This document shows, piece after piece, positions 9,985 through 26,200 of a stretch of 64,000 nt of DNA. The notes under the pieces were generated by a model, which was not told where the DNA came from, did no database searches, and saw only the letters and a program-made list of their open reading frames with translations. A program made the position numbers and the translations under genes. Source of the stretch: an uncultured Chloroflexia bacterium (GTDB taxonomy: Bacteria > Chloroflexota > Anaerolineae > JAAYZQ01); contig CAVOXA010000010.1 in the NCBI GenBank assembly GCA_963700285.1, positions 608,001 to 672,000 of the forward strand, given 5' to 3'. Position 1 is the stretch's first letter; each line of letters begins with the position of its first letter.

Positions 9985-11931
9985 GTAGTAGGTCCCACTC
10001 ACGTTCCAGACGCGGATCGCATACTGGTCCGGAGGTGTGACCCGGGAGGAGCCGGGCTCCCCATTATCGGTGACGTCTACCTGGAACTGGTAGTTGCCGC
10101 CGATGCTGCATAACACGCCGGTCAGCCGGTCCACGGCCTGGACAGTGTTCTTGCCGGTAATGGTGGCCTTGCAGCCGCCGGTGGTGTTCGCGCGGCAATC
10201 ATAGATGTTCAGGCCCTGCATGGCGTCGCTCTTGATGATCCAGTCATAGGCCCGCTCACCCGCTGGCGCGTTCGGCAAGATCGTGCTCAGGTCTGTGGTG
10301 ACGCGGTAGACGAAGAGGCTGTTGCCCTGGACCCGGCCTTTTTTGAGGAACTTGGCTGCAAAGCCAAAGTTGACGCGGCCGCTCGTGATCGGGTCGATCA
10401 ACCAGCCTCCGCCGGCGGCCATCCCCGTGCTCGGGTCGTTCACCAGGACGATTACTGTCTCAAATGGGGCCGCATAGTAGGGATTGACTACCAGGCTGAC
10501 CTTCACCTGGAAGGGATCTGACGCAGGGAGGTCCACGGTACAACTGCCATACCCTTTCCCATTGGCGACGTTGCCTATTTCTGCCGTGCACCCGGCCAGG
10601 GGCGTGATGAAGGTCGTGTCGTCGAAGCCAAAGACCTGGAGCAGGACTCCCTGCCCGCTGAGATGGTCGCCCAGTGAGCCGTCCTGCTGCTCCTCCAGAG
10701 TGGCAGCCAACGTCACCCTCGCCCTGGCCCCTTCTCTGGCAGTCGTGACCTGCGTATCGCCAGTGTAGGCGATTTCCGCACGCTCCTTGGTGTTCTCGAA
10801 GGGATCCGAGTCACTGCTTCCCAGGTACAGGGCATCTTTAGCAAAACTCGACACCACATCCAGCGCGCCGCCCGGCTGGCCCAGCAGGATGCTGCCCTTG
10901 GCCAGGCCGACGGCATTCGTGGTGGCGGAGGTCGACTGCGTGCCGATGGTGAAGCCGATCGTCTTGCCAGCGAGAGGTGCGCCCTGAAGACTGCCGCCGC
11001 CGTCGTCGGTCAGTATGGCCTAGACGACGGTCGAATCGGAGTACTGTGTTGAAGTGCTGCCGCTGTAGACGAGGGCTGTGGGCCGCTTCTGCACAGTGAT
11101 CTTGATCGCCTCCTCATCGCAGAGCGGGTCCGAGACGTCGCGTGTTGCACCGTTGTCGCAGACCTTCACCGTGAGGGTGCGATCCCCGATCTGGCTTGAG
11201 GTAGGCGTCCAGGCGAAGGCGCCGCCTGCCGTGATGCTGGCGCCGGTTGGGTCGCCCGCCAGGCTGAAGGTCAGCGCGTTGGCCGGGCGGTCTGGATCGG
11301 TAGCCGTGGCGCTGAACGTGAGCTTGTTGCCCCAGGTCGCCGACGGTGTCGAGGGCGGGTGGGCTGTTGACCTCGTGCACAGTCACGGCAATGGTCTCGC
11401 TGTCGCACAGCCCAGGCGCCCCGTTGTCGCAGACCTTGACGGTTAGGGGGTAGCTGCCAGGCCCCTGCTCCTCCGTCGGGGTCCAGGTGCCGGATAACAG
11501 CCCGCAGACCGTCGCATTCAGGACGCAGGTCTCGTACTCGATGGCGTTGCCGGTGTACGTGCCGCCCTGCGGCATATAGGTGCTCCGCAGTGGTTGCGGA
11601 TCGTGCCGTCGTTGGTGATCGTCCCTTGGAGAGCCAGCAGGGCATAGGTTTCAAAGACACCGGTCCCGGTGTTGTGGAGCGTGGTGCCGGCGGGGATGGT
11701 CAGGTCGGCCATGATTGGAATCGGGTTGACTGGTCGCCAGGCACTTCCCCCACCCGCCACTGTGCAGGTCTTGGAACCCTTGTTCCAGGTGCCGGGTAGC
11801 GCCGCGCACGAGGTCGCATCAAGGGTCGTGGCTTGCGCCGAGACAGGTTCAGCCAGCGGTCCGGCCGAGACGACTGGCAATAATCTTGCTGACAATAGAG
11901 CAACTACGATGCTTGGCCCCAAGTGTTTCAT
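9982..11931 (-). pseudogene. Internally deleted, frameshifted paralog of the 19215-24210 surface protein
   Basis: Start MKHLGPS...PLAEPVSAQATTLDATSCAALPGTW, pieces of the repeat region, an in-frame stop near 11020, and a C-terminal domain highly similar to 19310-20110 that is cut at GTYY by the IS4 junction. Confidence 0.85.
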
Positions 11932-12074
11932 GTTCTTTCTTCCTTCTCCCTGTCTCTGTATCTCCCCTTCTTTGCCGGCCGCATCCGTCACAAAGAACTG
12001 GAACAACTCCGCCAACCCGGCAAGGCGCCGCCCCGGGTCCTTACCCACTGATGCCGTTGCGAACTGACGCTAGA

Positions 12075-13647
12075 TCATGGGACCAGCTCGATCTCGCTGG
12101 GCTGCCAGGTTTTGTCGAAGAATGGCTCCAGCGGGCCGTAGAGGCGCAGGAGCACGAACCAGCCCCTGCCGGGGATGGTCTGGATCCAGTTGCCGCGCGC
12201 CACGCCATCGGGCTGCTCGGGAGCAAAGTATACCGTCGTGGAGCCGTCGGCGTTGGGCTCGGCGGCGGGCGACGGATAGCTCTGGCTGCCGGCGCGCGGA
12301 TAGCGCTGCGGCGTGTCGAGCATGGAGCGCGTCTGGTTGTCGTAGAGCGTCAAGGACCAGAAGTTCGCCGCAGGAATGTCCTCCGGCAGCGTCACCTTGT
12401 AGGTCTTGGCCCCGTCAAAGTACGCCTTGTTCGCATCCACCGTGGCCATAAGATATTGCGAGCCGATTCCGCTCAGGAGCATGCCCTCGGCCGGGCTGAC
12501 CATGATGACGCCGTAATGGAAATTGGTTCGAGCATCCAGCATGCGGTAGCCGGTGGGCGGGAAGGTCTTGACGCCTTCGGGCGTGCGCACGCCGTCCTGG
12601 ACCGGCCCCTCGATCACCGGAGGCGGGGTCTCGAAATCGTAGCCGCTGATGGTCAGCGTCAGCGGCATCCAGGCCGAGCCGGGGTAATAGTACCAGCCCG
12701 GATCGCGAGGACTCATGAAGAGGCTGCGCGCGGTGGCGTTGGCGACCTCGACCGCTTCGGTGAGGATCCTCTTCATCCGGGCGTCGGGCGCAAAGGGCTG
12801 GCCCTTGACGATGCCGATGGCGGCGATGGAACCCATCAACTCGGGGTCCAGCGAGCCGGCCGGCTGCTGCTGCACGACCTCGTTGAGCATCTCGTAGTAG
12901 CTAAAGTCGTTGGGCGGGATGGTGTTCATCACCTTGCCGCTGACGTCGTGGAAGACGGTCTCGGGCGGCGGCGTGATCGATCCGAGTTGCAGCCTCGCCG
13001 CGCAGGAACGTGGCGAAGGACGTGCCGACCCCGCCGGCCTCGTAGGGATAGATCTTGAGGAGCTTGCGGATCTGCTCGGCCGCCGGCTTGGGATCGTTGT
13101 TCTCCAGGAACATGCGGCCAAACCACATGACGTACGTGGTCTCGGCTTGGGCGATGAAGAACCCGCCCTCCGGCAGCGGGCCGTCGTAGCCGGGCGGCAG
13201 AATCAGGTATTTCCCGCCCAGACCGCGATCGGGACCGGGCCCGCCAAGGTCGATCACCCAGCGGAACCAGTAGTCGTTGATGGCGCCGAGGTACTTGGGT
13301 GGTGCCTCCAGCACCATGGGGCCACCGGTGAGGTCGAGGAAACCACCGGTATAGACCGTGTCCGCGTTGGTCGTCAGGATCACCGACTTGGCGTCCATCA
13401 ACTCGGAGAAGATGAGGGCCTCGTTGTCCGCCACGCCGGCCTCGAGCCAGCCCTGGTGCATGGCGTGCATGCTGACGCCCTGTACGGCGTTGACGAACGC
13501 CTCGAAGGCGTGTGTAAAGTCCAGGTTGTCATAGACCCTATCGAGCGTCTCCTGGCTCGGCATGCCGTCGGTGAACTCCAGGGTGCCGATTCGGGACTCG
13601 AACTTGTCGGGTGTCGTGATCCTCGACGGATAGATCGGATGCTTCAT
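12075..13647 (-). CDS. DUF1254/DUF1214 protein (one frameshift near 12990)
   Basis: ORFs 12901-13647 (TNADTVY, GPDRGLGGKY) and 12075-13121 (FWSLTLYD, NWIQT, LRLYGP) join through a single-base shift; RBS AAGGAGG. Confidence 0.85.
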
Positions 13648-13796
13648 CGTTTCCTCCTTGTTCGTCTTGCAGAATCTCTACGGGGCGTCCAATCTCCCCA
13701 GGGTCAGAGCGCTTGCGCTCTTGGTCGCGTTCTTTCCTCAGCTCCTCAGAACCGTTGGCGTCTTGATGTATTCAGGCTAGCAACTGCGCTCTCCGC

Positions 13797-14177
13797 CTAT
13801 CCCTCTACCTCGAATGGTTCGGACCCTGCGTCTTCTTCTCCCTGCCCTCGCCTCTCTCCGGCGGCGATCTGGCGGATCTGGTTCAGTGTCAGCGATTGGG
13901 CTGCCCGCCCTGAAAGCAGCACCGCCTGGTTGTGCTCTGTGTCCAGGCCGACCATTAGCGGGGGCGGGTCCTTGACCAGCAGCGGCAGGACGTGGCTTTC
14001 ACTGGTGCCGGTCCGGTCGAAGATGAGCACATCGGGCGTATGCTCGAGCAGCCGCTGCCCGGCCTCTGCCCACGTCCTGGCCCGCTCTACTTGCACTCCT
14101 GGAACCTCAGCCAGGCCCGCGGCCACACCCGACAGCAACAACGACTGGCCGTACAGCAAAACCGTTCGCGCGCTCAT
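13797..14177 (-). CDS. Small receiver-like protein, cassette copy 1
   Basis: MSARTVLLYGQSLLLSGVAAGL...HTPDVLIFD, near-identical to 24313-24705; ATG lies 6 nt after TGCTATACC. Confidence 0.75.
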   Translation of the reverse strand: MSARTVLLYGQSLLLSGVAAGLAEVPGVQVERARTWAEAGQRLLEHTPDVLIFDRTGTSESHVLPLLVKDPPPLMVGLDTEHNQAVLLSGRAAQSLTLNQIRQIAAGERRGQGEEDAGSEPFEVEG

Positions 14178-14305
14178 GCTTTCGGTATAGCAGTTGACGA
14201 GGCGTTTGTAACCTACCCGCGGGGATAGAAAAAGGATAGTCTCGCCAGCCGTGAGACTATCCCTGGGGATAGGGAGGGATAGGGCCGACTTTTCCTGGGG
14301 ATGGG
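14178..14305 (-). promoter_or_regulatory. Extended -10 promoter plus operator array, copy 1
   Basis: Palindromes ctacccgcggggatag (14213-14228), ctatccctggggatag (14257-14272) and cttttcctggggatgg (14289-14304), plus GGATAG half-sites. Confidence 0.7.
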
Positions 14306-14439
14306 GGCAGAGGGGGTGACAGGGAGACACGGGGACACGGAGACGAACAGACGCGGAGGAGGTCTCCCTACGCCCGAGGCGCCCTGCCACTCTCTCCCAG
14401 TGTCTCTTTGTCTGAGTGTTACCCCATCGCTGCGCCCAT

Positions 14440-14540
14440 CCGCTGTGGTGGGCGTAGGTGACCACCTGCTCGCGGTCCTTGAGGTGCAGGCGTTGCAGCA
14501 CCTCGCCCATGTGATACTAGACTGTGTGCTCGCTCAACTG
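14440..14540 (-). pseudogene. 3' remnant of a LuxR/NarL HTH
   Basis: LSEHTV*YHMGEVLQRLHLKDREQVVTYA, matching the end of the 31069-31731 regulator. Confidence 0.8.
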
Positions 14541-14591
14541 GGGCCAAAGATCCTGAGATTCAGGCCTCTGTCTGATCAATTCTGATCCGCT

Positions 14592-14631
14592 ATCAGGTGC
14601 CCGGCACCCTGCCGGGTGCCGGGCACCTGAT
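14592..14631. terminator. Perfect 18-bp hairpin after the TSP3-like repeat gene
   Basis: ATCAGGTGCCCGGCACCC-TGCC-GGGTGCCGGGCACCTGAT starting 5 nt past the stop codon. There is no T-tract, so it could instead be a REP or RNA-stability hairpin. Confidence 0.55.
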
Positions 14632-14635
14632 GCAG

Positions 14636-19117
<4,482 letters not shown>

Positions 19118-19214
19118 CCTTTCCTCCTTTGTCTGTTGCTTCTTCCAAGTTCTGGGTCTGGTTAGGTCCTGCAGGCAAGTAGCGCTGGTTTTCTGGCCCC
19201 GAAAGGTGCCCTCC

Positions 19215-22200
19215 TTACTTCTTGGCTTTCACCTGGATATTGCCGCCCTCGATATCCAAGGGGGCAAGCAGGCTCCCCTTGCCATCATAGGTATTGCCCA
19301 ACTCGTAGTAGGTCCCAGTGACGTTCCAGACCCGGATCGCATACTGGTCTGGACTTGTAACCCGGGAGGAGCCGGGCTCCCCATTATCGGTGACGTCTAC
19401 CTGGAACTGGTAGTTGCCGCCGATGCTGTATAGCACGCCGGTCAGCCGGTCCACGGCCTGCACGGTGTTTTTGCCGGTGATGGTGGCCTTGCAGCCGCTC
19501 GTGGTCTTGTTCTCGCAGTCGTAGATGTTCAGGCCCTGCATGGCGTTGCTCTTGATGATCCAGTCATAGGCCCGCTCTCCCGCCGGCGCGTCCGGCAGGA
19601 TCGTGCTCAGGTCTGTGGTGACGCGGTAGACGAACAGGCTGTTGCCCTGGACCCGGCCCTTTTTCAGGAACTTGGCTGAAAGGCCAAAGTTGACGCGGCC
19701 GCTCGTGATCGGGTCGATCAACCAGCCCCCGCCGGCGGCCATCCCCGTGCCCGGGTCGTTCACCAGGACGATCACGGTCTCAAATTGGGCCGCATAGTAG
19801 GGATTGGCTACCAGGCTGACCTTCACCTGGTAGGGATCTGACGCGGGGAGGTCCACGGTGCAACTGCCATACCCCTTCCCGTTGGCGACGTTGCCTATTC
19901 CCGCCGTGCACCCGTCCAGGGGGGTGGCGTAAGTCGTGTCGCCGAAGCCAAAGACCTGGAACAGGACCTGCTGCCCAGCGAGCTGGTCGCCCAGCGAGCC
20001 GTCCTGGCGCTCCTCCAGCGTAGCAGCCAACGTCACCGTTGCCCTGGCTCGCTCCCTTGCGGTCGTGACCTGCGTGTCGCCGGTGTAGACTATCTCCGCG
20101 CCCTCCTTGATGAGCTGGAACAGGTCTGAGTCACTGCTGCCCAGGTAGAGAGCGTCCCCGACAAAGCTGGACGCCACAGCCAGCGCGCCGACTGGCTGGT
20201 CCAGCAGGATGCTGCCCTTGGCCAGGCCGTTGGCGTCGGTGGTCGCGGAGGTGGACTGCGTGCCGAGGGTGAAGCCGATGGTCTTGCTTGCGAGCGGTGC
20301 GCCCTGCAGGCTGCCGCCGCCGTGGTCGGTCAGTGTGGCCTGGACGGCGGTCGAATCGGAGTACTGCGTTGACGTACTGCCGCTGTAGACCAGGGCCGTG
20401 GGCCGCTTCTGCACCGTGATCGTGACGGCCTCCTGATCGCAGAGCGGGTCCGCGACGCCCCGCGTCGCGCCGTTGTCGCAGACCTTCACCGTGAGGTTGT
20501 GATCCCCGATCTGGCTTGAGGTAGGCGTCCAGGAGAAGGCGCCGCCCGTCGTAATACTGGCGCCGGTTGGGGCGCCCACCAGGCTGAAGGTCAGCGCGTT
20601 GGCCGGGCGGTCGGGGTCGCTCGCCGTGGCGGTGAACGCCAGCTCGTTGCCCCAGGTCGCCGTTTGGTCGCCGAGTGGGTCGAGGGCGGGTGGGCTGTTG
20701 ACCTCGTAGACGGTTACGACAATGGCCTCGCTGTCGCACAGCGGAGACGAGCCGTTGTCGCAGACCTTCACGGTGAAGGGGTAGGTGCCGGGCCCCTGGT
20801 CCTCCGCCGGTGTCCAGGAGAAGGCGCCGCCCGCCGTGATGCTGGCGCCGGCCGGGGCGCCCACCAGGCTGAAGGTCAGCGTGTTGGCCGGCAGGTCGGG
20901 GTCGGTGGCCGCCGCTGTGAAGGTCAACGCCGTCATCTCATCCACCGACCTGGAGCTGATGTCGCCGAGCACCGGCGCCCGGTTGACCTCGCGGACGGTG
21001 ACGGTGAGCCCTTCCTCGCCGCAGAGGGCTGGCGACCCGTTGTCACAGATCCTGACCTTGAAGCTGTAGTCGCCGGGCCCCTGGGCTTCGGTCGGCGTCC
21101 AGGAGAACTCGCCGTTGTCCGTGATGGTGGCGCCTGCCGGGGCGGCCACCAGGCTGAAGGCGCTCAGGGTGTTGGCCGCACCTGTCCCGCTGTCCGGGTC
21201 GCTCGCCGCCGCGGTAAAGGTCAGCGCGGTCATTTCATCCACGGACCTGTCGCTGATGGGGACAATGACCGGCGCCCGGTTGACCTCGGCCACGGCCACG
21301 GTGATCGCCTCCTCGTCGCACAGCGCAGGCGTCCCGCTGTCACAGACCTTGACGGTGAGGGGGTAGCCGCCGGCGCCCTGGGCTTCGGTCGGCGTCCAGG
21401 AAAAGGCCCCGCCCGCCGTGATGCTGGCCCCGGACGGGGCGCCCACCAGGCTGAAGGTCAGTGTGTTGGCCGCGCCCGTCCCGGTGTCCGGATCGGTCGC
21501 CATAGCGGTGAAGGCCAGCGCGGTCATCTCGTCCACGGTCTTGTCGCCGATGGCGTCGAGCACCGGCGCGCGGTTGACTTCGGTCACGGACACGGTGATC
21601 GTCTCCTCGTCACATAGGACAGGTGTGACATGGTCGCAGACCTTGACGGCGAAGGTATAGGTTCCGGCGCCCTGGGCTTCGGCCGGCGTCCAGGAGAAGC
21701 TGCCCCTCTCCGTGATGCTGGCGCCGGACGGGGCGCCCACCAGGCTGAAACTCAGTACGTTGTCGGGGTAGTCGGGATCGGTAGCTGTGGCCGTGAAGGT
21801 CAGCGCCGTCATCTCGGCCAACGACTTGTTGCCAATGGCGCCCAGCGCCGGGGCCTGGTTGACCTCGCGCACGGTCACGGTGATTTCTTCGCTGTTACAC
21901 CCGGTAGGATTCCCGTTGTCGCACACCCTGACCCTGAAGGTGTAGTCGCCGGGCCCCTGCTGCTCCGTCGGCGTCCAGGTGAAGGCGCCGCCCGCCGTGA
22001 TGCTCGCGCCGGCCGGGGCCTCCACCAGGCTAAAGGTAAGCGTGTTGGCGGCGCTGTCCGGATCGCTGGCCGTGGCCGTGAAGGTCAGCGCGGCCAGCTC
22101 GTTCACACCCTTGCCGCCGATGGCGCCCAGCACCGGGGCATCGTTGACGCAGGCCACCGCGATGCTCACCGTCGCCACATTGCTGTACAGCGCCCCATCA

Positions 22201-24210
22201 TACGCCTTGTAGGTGAACGAGTCGGAGCCGCAGTAGTTCGCCGCCGGGGTGTAGCTGAAGGAGCCATTGGCACTCAGCGTCACGCTCCCGTGCGCCGGGT
22301 TGGCGACCTTTGCCGCGGTCAGCGGGTTGCTCTCGGCATCGGTGTCGTTGGCCAACACGCCGGCGGCCGCGGCTACGCTCATCGGGGTGTCCTCCTTGCC
22401 GCTGCAGTCGTCGTTGTTGGCCACGGGGGCGGTGTTGCAGGCGTTGGCGATGGGGTTGCCGGTGAAGGCACCCTCGCCCCCGTAGGTTGCTCCGCAGTAG
22501 GCGTTGATCACGCCGCTGTTGTTGATCGTTCCCTCGTTGGCCAGCACGGCATAGTTTTCGATGACGCCCTGCGCGGTGTTGTCAATCGTGCCAGGGTAAG
22601 TGGAAGCCAACGGCATCTCAATATCCATGACCGCGAAGTGGGCCGTCGCCTGGCCAGCGGATCCGTTCACGATGGTGCCGGCGTTGGTCAAGGTGCCTCC
22701 CAGGACCCCGAAATCGTGGTCATTGTCCACCAGCCCGTTGTTGGTGAAGGCGCCGGCGCTGAACACCCCCTCATTGTGGACGGTCCCGTTGTTCACCAGT
22801 TCAGCTATATTGCTAAACGTGGCCCCAGATGCGACGTGGAGGGTCGTACCGGCGGGGATGGTAAGGTTGAGGGGAATTCCCGGCGGCTGCCCCGTGATCG
22901 TGCAGGTGCTGGACGCCGCTTCCCAGGCGCCGGGCAGCCACCCGCAGACGGTCTCATTCAGGAAGCAGGTCTTGTACTCGATGGGGGTGCCGCTGACGGT
23001 GCCGGTGCCCGTAACCATCGCTCCGCAGTAGCTGTAGATCGTGCCGCTGTTGGCTATCGTGCCGCTGTTGTCCAGATAGTAACGATGGTGGACCGTGCCG
23101 CTGTTGTTGAGCGTCCCCTGGTTGAGCAACCAGGCATAGTTGTGAAAGGCACCGCTCGCGGTGTTGTTGAAGGTGCCTGATTCGATTAGGAAGTGGGAGT
23201 CTGTCTGGCCAACGGCGCCATTGTTGATCGTGCCGGTGTTGGTGAAGGTGCCCCCCTCTGCTTGGACGGTTCCGTAGTTGGTCAGAACCCCGCTGTTGGT
23301 AAAGGTCCCGCCGTACCACGTCGGCCAGAGGGTGCCCTCTACGAGGATCGTCCCCAGGTTGACCAGGTCGACCTGATTTTGATTGCCCACCGTGGCGCCG
23401 GAAAGGATGTGGAGCGTGGCGCCGGCGGGGACGGTCAGGTCGAAGGGAACCAGATTGGTGCCACTGGCTACCGTGCAGGTACTGGACGCCGCGTCCCAGG
23501 TGCCGGATAACATGCTGCAGACGGTCGCATTCAGGTCGCAGGTCTCGTACTCGATGGCGTTGCCGGTGAACGTGCCGCCCTGCAGCATATAGGTCGCTCC
23601 GCAGTGGTTGCGGATCGTACCATCGTTGGTGATCGTCCCTTGGAGAGCCAGCATGGCATAGTTTTCAAAGACACCGGTCCCGGTGTTGTGAAGCGTGCCG
23701 CCGGCAGCGATCCCAATGCCCACATTTTCTGCGATCACGCCAGGGGCGCCGTTGTTGATCGTGCCCGAGTTGGTGAAGGTGCCCCCGTCCACACTGGTGA
23801 GCCCATGGTTGGTCAGAACCCCGCTGCTGCTGATGCTGAAGGTGCTGCTGAGGGTGCTGCTGGAGAACACGGCGAGGAAGGCGCCCTCAACGAGGATCGT
23901 CCCCTGGTTGACCAGGTCGGCCCCATTGATCACGCCTCCCGACGATGTGATGTGCAGCGTGGTACCGGCGGGGATGGTGAGGTCGGCTATAATCGGCACT
24001 GGCGAGGTTGGCGGAAAGGTATTCCTCCCCCTGCGTCACGGTACAGGTATTGGAGCCCTCGTTCCAAGTACCGGGTAGCGCTGCGCACGAGGTCGCATCA
24101 AGGGTCGTGGCTTGCGCCGAAACGGGTTCAGCCAGCGGTACGGCCGGGATTGCCAGCAACAGTCCTGCCAGTAGCAGACCAACCAACATGCATCGCCTTT
24201 GGTGCACCAT
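19215..24210 (-). CDS. Giant surface protein: three beta-helix modules, cadherin/Ig-like repeats, conserved C-terminal domain (frameshift near 24028)
   Basis: The signal-peptide ORF (MVHQRR..., ATG at 24210) joins the 1594-aa ORF after removing one G in a G5 run. Six NxAPxL...DPD...FSWTP...VKVCD repeats plus one NTAPVANND unit. Confidence 0.85.
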
Positions 24211-24312
24211 GTTCTTCTCTCCTTCTGGTTGTGGGTAGCTGACGTGCTTCATGATTTCATCCGTCTCACGAGGGATCTTGAACGGTTACGGATTGCCTTT
24301 CCGTCTTTCTCC

Positions 24313-24705
24313 CTACTTCGAGCGGTCCAGACCCTGCCGCTTTCTCCGCGTCTCTCCTTCTCCCTGTTCCCGCATCTCCCTCTCTCCGGCGACGATCTGG
24401 CGGATCTGGCCGAGTGTGAGCGATTGGGCTGCCCGCCCCGAAAGCAGCACCGCCTGGTTGTGCTCTGTGTCCAGGCCGACCATCAGCGGGTGCGGGTCCT
24501 TGAGCAGCAGCGGTAGGATGTGGCATTCACTGGTGCCGGTCAGGTCAAAGATGAGCACATCCGGCGTATGCTCGAGCAGCCGCTGCCCGGCATCTGCCCA
24601 CGTCCTGGCCTGCTCTACCTGCACTCCTGGAACCTCGGCCAGGCCCGCGGCCACACCCGACAGCAACAACGACTGGCCGTACAACAAAACCGTTCGCGCG
24701 TTCAT
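24313..24705 (-). CDS. Small receiver-like protein, cassette copy 2
   Basis: 130 aa MNARTVLLYGQSLLLSG...PDVLIFDL...PLMVGLD; ATG lies 6 nt after TGCTATACT. Confidence 0.8.
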   Translation of the reverse strand: MNARTVLLYGQSLLLSGVAAGLAEVPGVQVEQARTWADAGQRLLEHTPDVLIFDLTGTSECHILPLLLKDPHPLMVGLDTEHNQAVLLSGRAAQSLTLGQIRQIVAGEREMREQGEGETRRKRQGLDRSK

Positions 24706-24833
24706 GCTTTCAGTATAGCAGTTGGCGAGGCGTTTGTAACCTACCTGCGGGAATAGAAAAGGGATAGTCTCGCCAGCCGGGAGACTATCCCTGGGGATAG
24801 GGTGGGATAGGGCCGACTATTCGTGGGGATAGG
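24706..24833 (-). promoter_or_regulatory. Extended -10 promoter plus operator array, copy 2
   Basis: ctacctgcgggaatag (24741-24756), ctatccctggggatag (24785-24800), ctattcgtggggatag (24817-24832). Confidence 0.7.
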
Positions 24834-24951
24834 GGGAGAGGGAGTGACGGGGAGACACGGGGACAGGGAGACGAAAAGACGCGGAGAAGGTCTCCCTACG
24901 TCCGCGCAACCCGTCTCACTCTCCCCGCGTTTCTATCTGGGCGTCATCCCA

Positions 24952-25495
24952 TCACGGCGCCAAACCGCTGCGGCGGGCGTAGGCGACCACTTGCTCGCGG
25001 TTCTTCAGGTGCAGGCGTTGCAGGACCTCGCCCATGTGGTATCTGACGGTGTGCTCGCTCAAGTTGAGCGCAGCGCCGACCTCCTTGTAGCTCAGTATAT
25101 CGGCCACGAGGACAAGGATCTCGCGCTGGCGAGGGGTGAGCACGGGGGCCGGTAGTCCGCCGCGAAGGTCGGCGGCCGCCTGCTCGTCGAGCGCGGCAGC
25201 CTGCTGGGCAAACTCGCGCAGCAGGCGGGCGGAGAGCTCGCGGGATAGCTGCGCATCTCCCCGGGAAAGCCCGGCCAGGTAGTCGAACAGGTCGTTGGGC
25301 TCCAGGTTCTTCAGGAGATAGCCGGTGGCCCCGCTCTTGATGGCTTCAAACCGGTCGGCATCTTCCGCCGAAGTGGTGGGCATGACGATCTTGCACTCGG
25401 GCATCTCGGCCTGGATCAGTCGCGTGGCGGCCAGCCCGTCGCAATTCGGCATGCGGACGTCCATCAGGATCACATCCGGGTGCAGGGCGCGGGCC
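24952..25495 (-). pseudogene. 5'-truncated NarL-family response regulator copy
   Basis: ARALHPDVILMDVRMP...LTPRQREIL, near-identical to 31069-31731 but with the N-terminus replaced by an unrelated membrane-protein fragment (25500-25690). Confidence 0.85.
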
Positions 25496-26140
25496 ACGGT
25501 GCCCAGCAGCAGGTGGGCCGGTCGCAGGGCGAAACTCATGCCGCTGACCGGACCCGGCAGGGACAGCCCATAGCCCCACGGCGAGACCAGGCACTGAAAG
25601 GGATAGACAAAGTGGCTGTCATAATGCAGGTAGCCCTCCAGCAGGCGGGACACCTGGATCCAGTCCCGCTCCAACAGGGCCGGCGTCACCGTTGATAAAT
25701 GCCGATGCAGTTTGGCACTCGTCGGACCATCGGCACCGGCTCAGCACGAGTTCGAGGGAACTCTGGTCATCGGGCCGGGGATGATCCAGGTCGAGACTCT
25801 GCCGGACTCTGGCGGTGAACGCAGCCAGGACCCAGTGGAATTCTCTGTCGACGTTTTCACCTTCGAGGACTTTCTGGTGCGGGTGGAGCCCGGCACCCCG
25901 AATGAGGATCAGCCACCTGGAAGCTGGGATTTCGTCTTTTCTCCCGGTAGCGTGTGGTCAGAGCCCGCCGACGGCGGACCAGAGAGTATCTCTCATGGGA
26001 GGAGAGGCGCAGCGAACCTGGAGCCGTTCGCCTCGCGGGGCAGGGCCAGCGCTACCGCCAGGCCTGGCTCCCGCAGTTCCCTCTGGGCGGGCCTGAAGGA
26101 ACCGAAGGCGCTACTGTCGTGCACTCACACGGTACGCACA

Positions 26141-26173
26141 GAAACCCGGCCCCCTTTCGCAGCGCCGGGTTTC
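26141..26173 (-). terminator. Putative terminator
   Basis: GAAACCCGGC...GCCGGGTTTC inverted repeat about 30 nt after the stop of 26201-30412. Confidence 0.5.
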
Positions 26174-26200
26174 CTTCCATCTGGCGGCATCACCGCGCTG

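Noticed and set aside
25500-26000. Functional genes at 24952-25689 (fusion) and 25712-26515
   Set aside because: They look like juxtaposed fragments of unrelated genes without proper starts, i.e. junction debris between cassettes.
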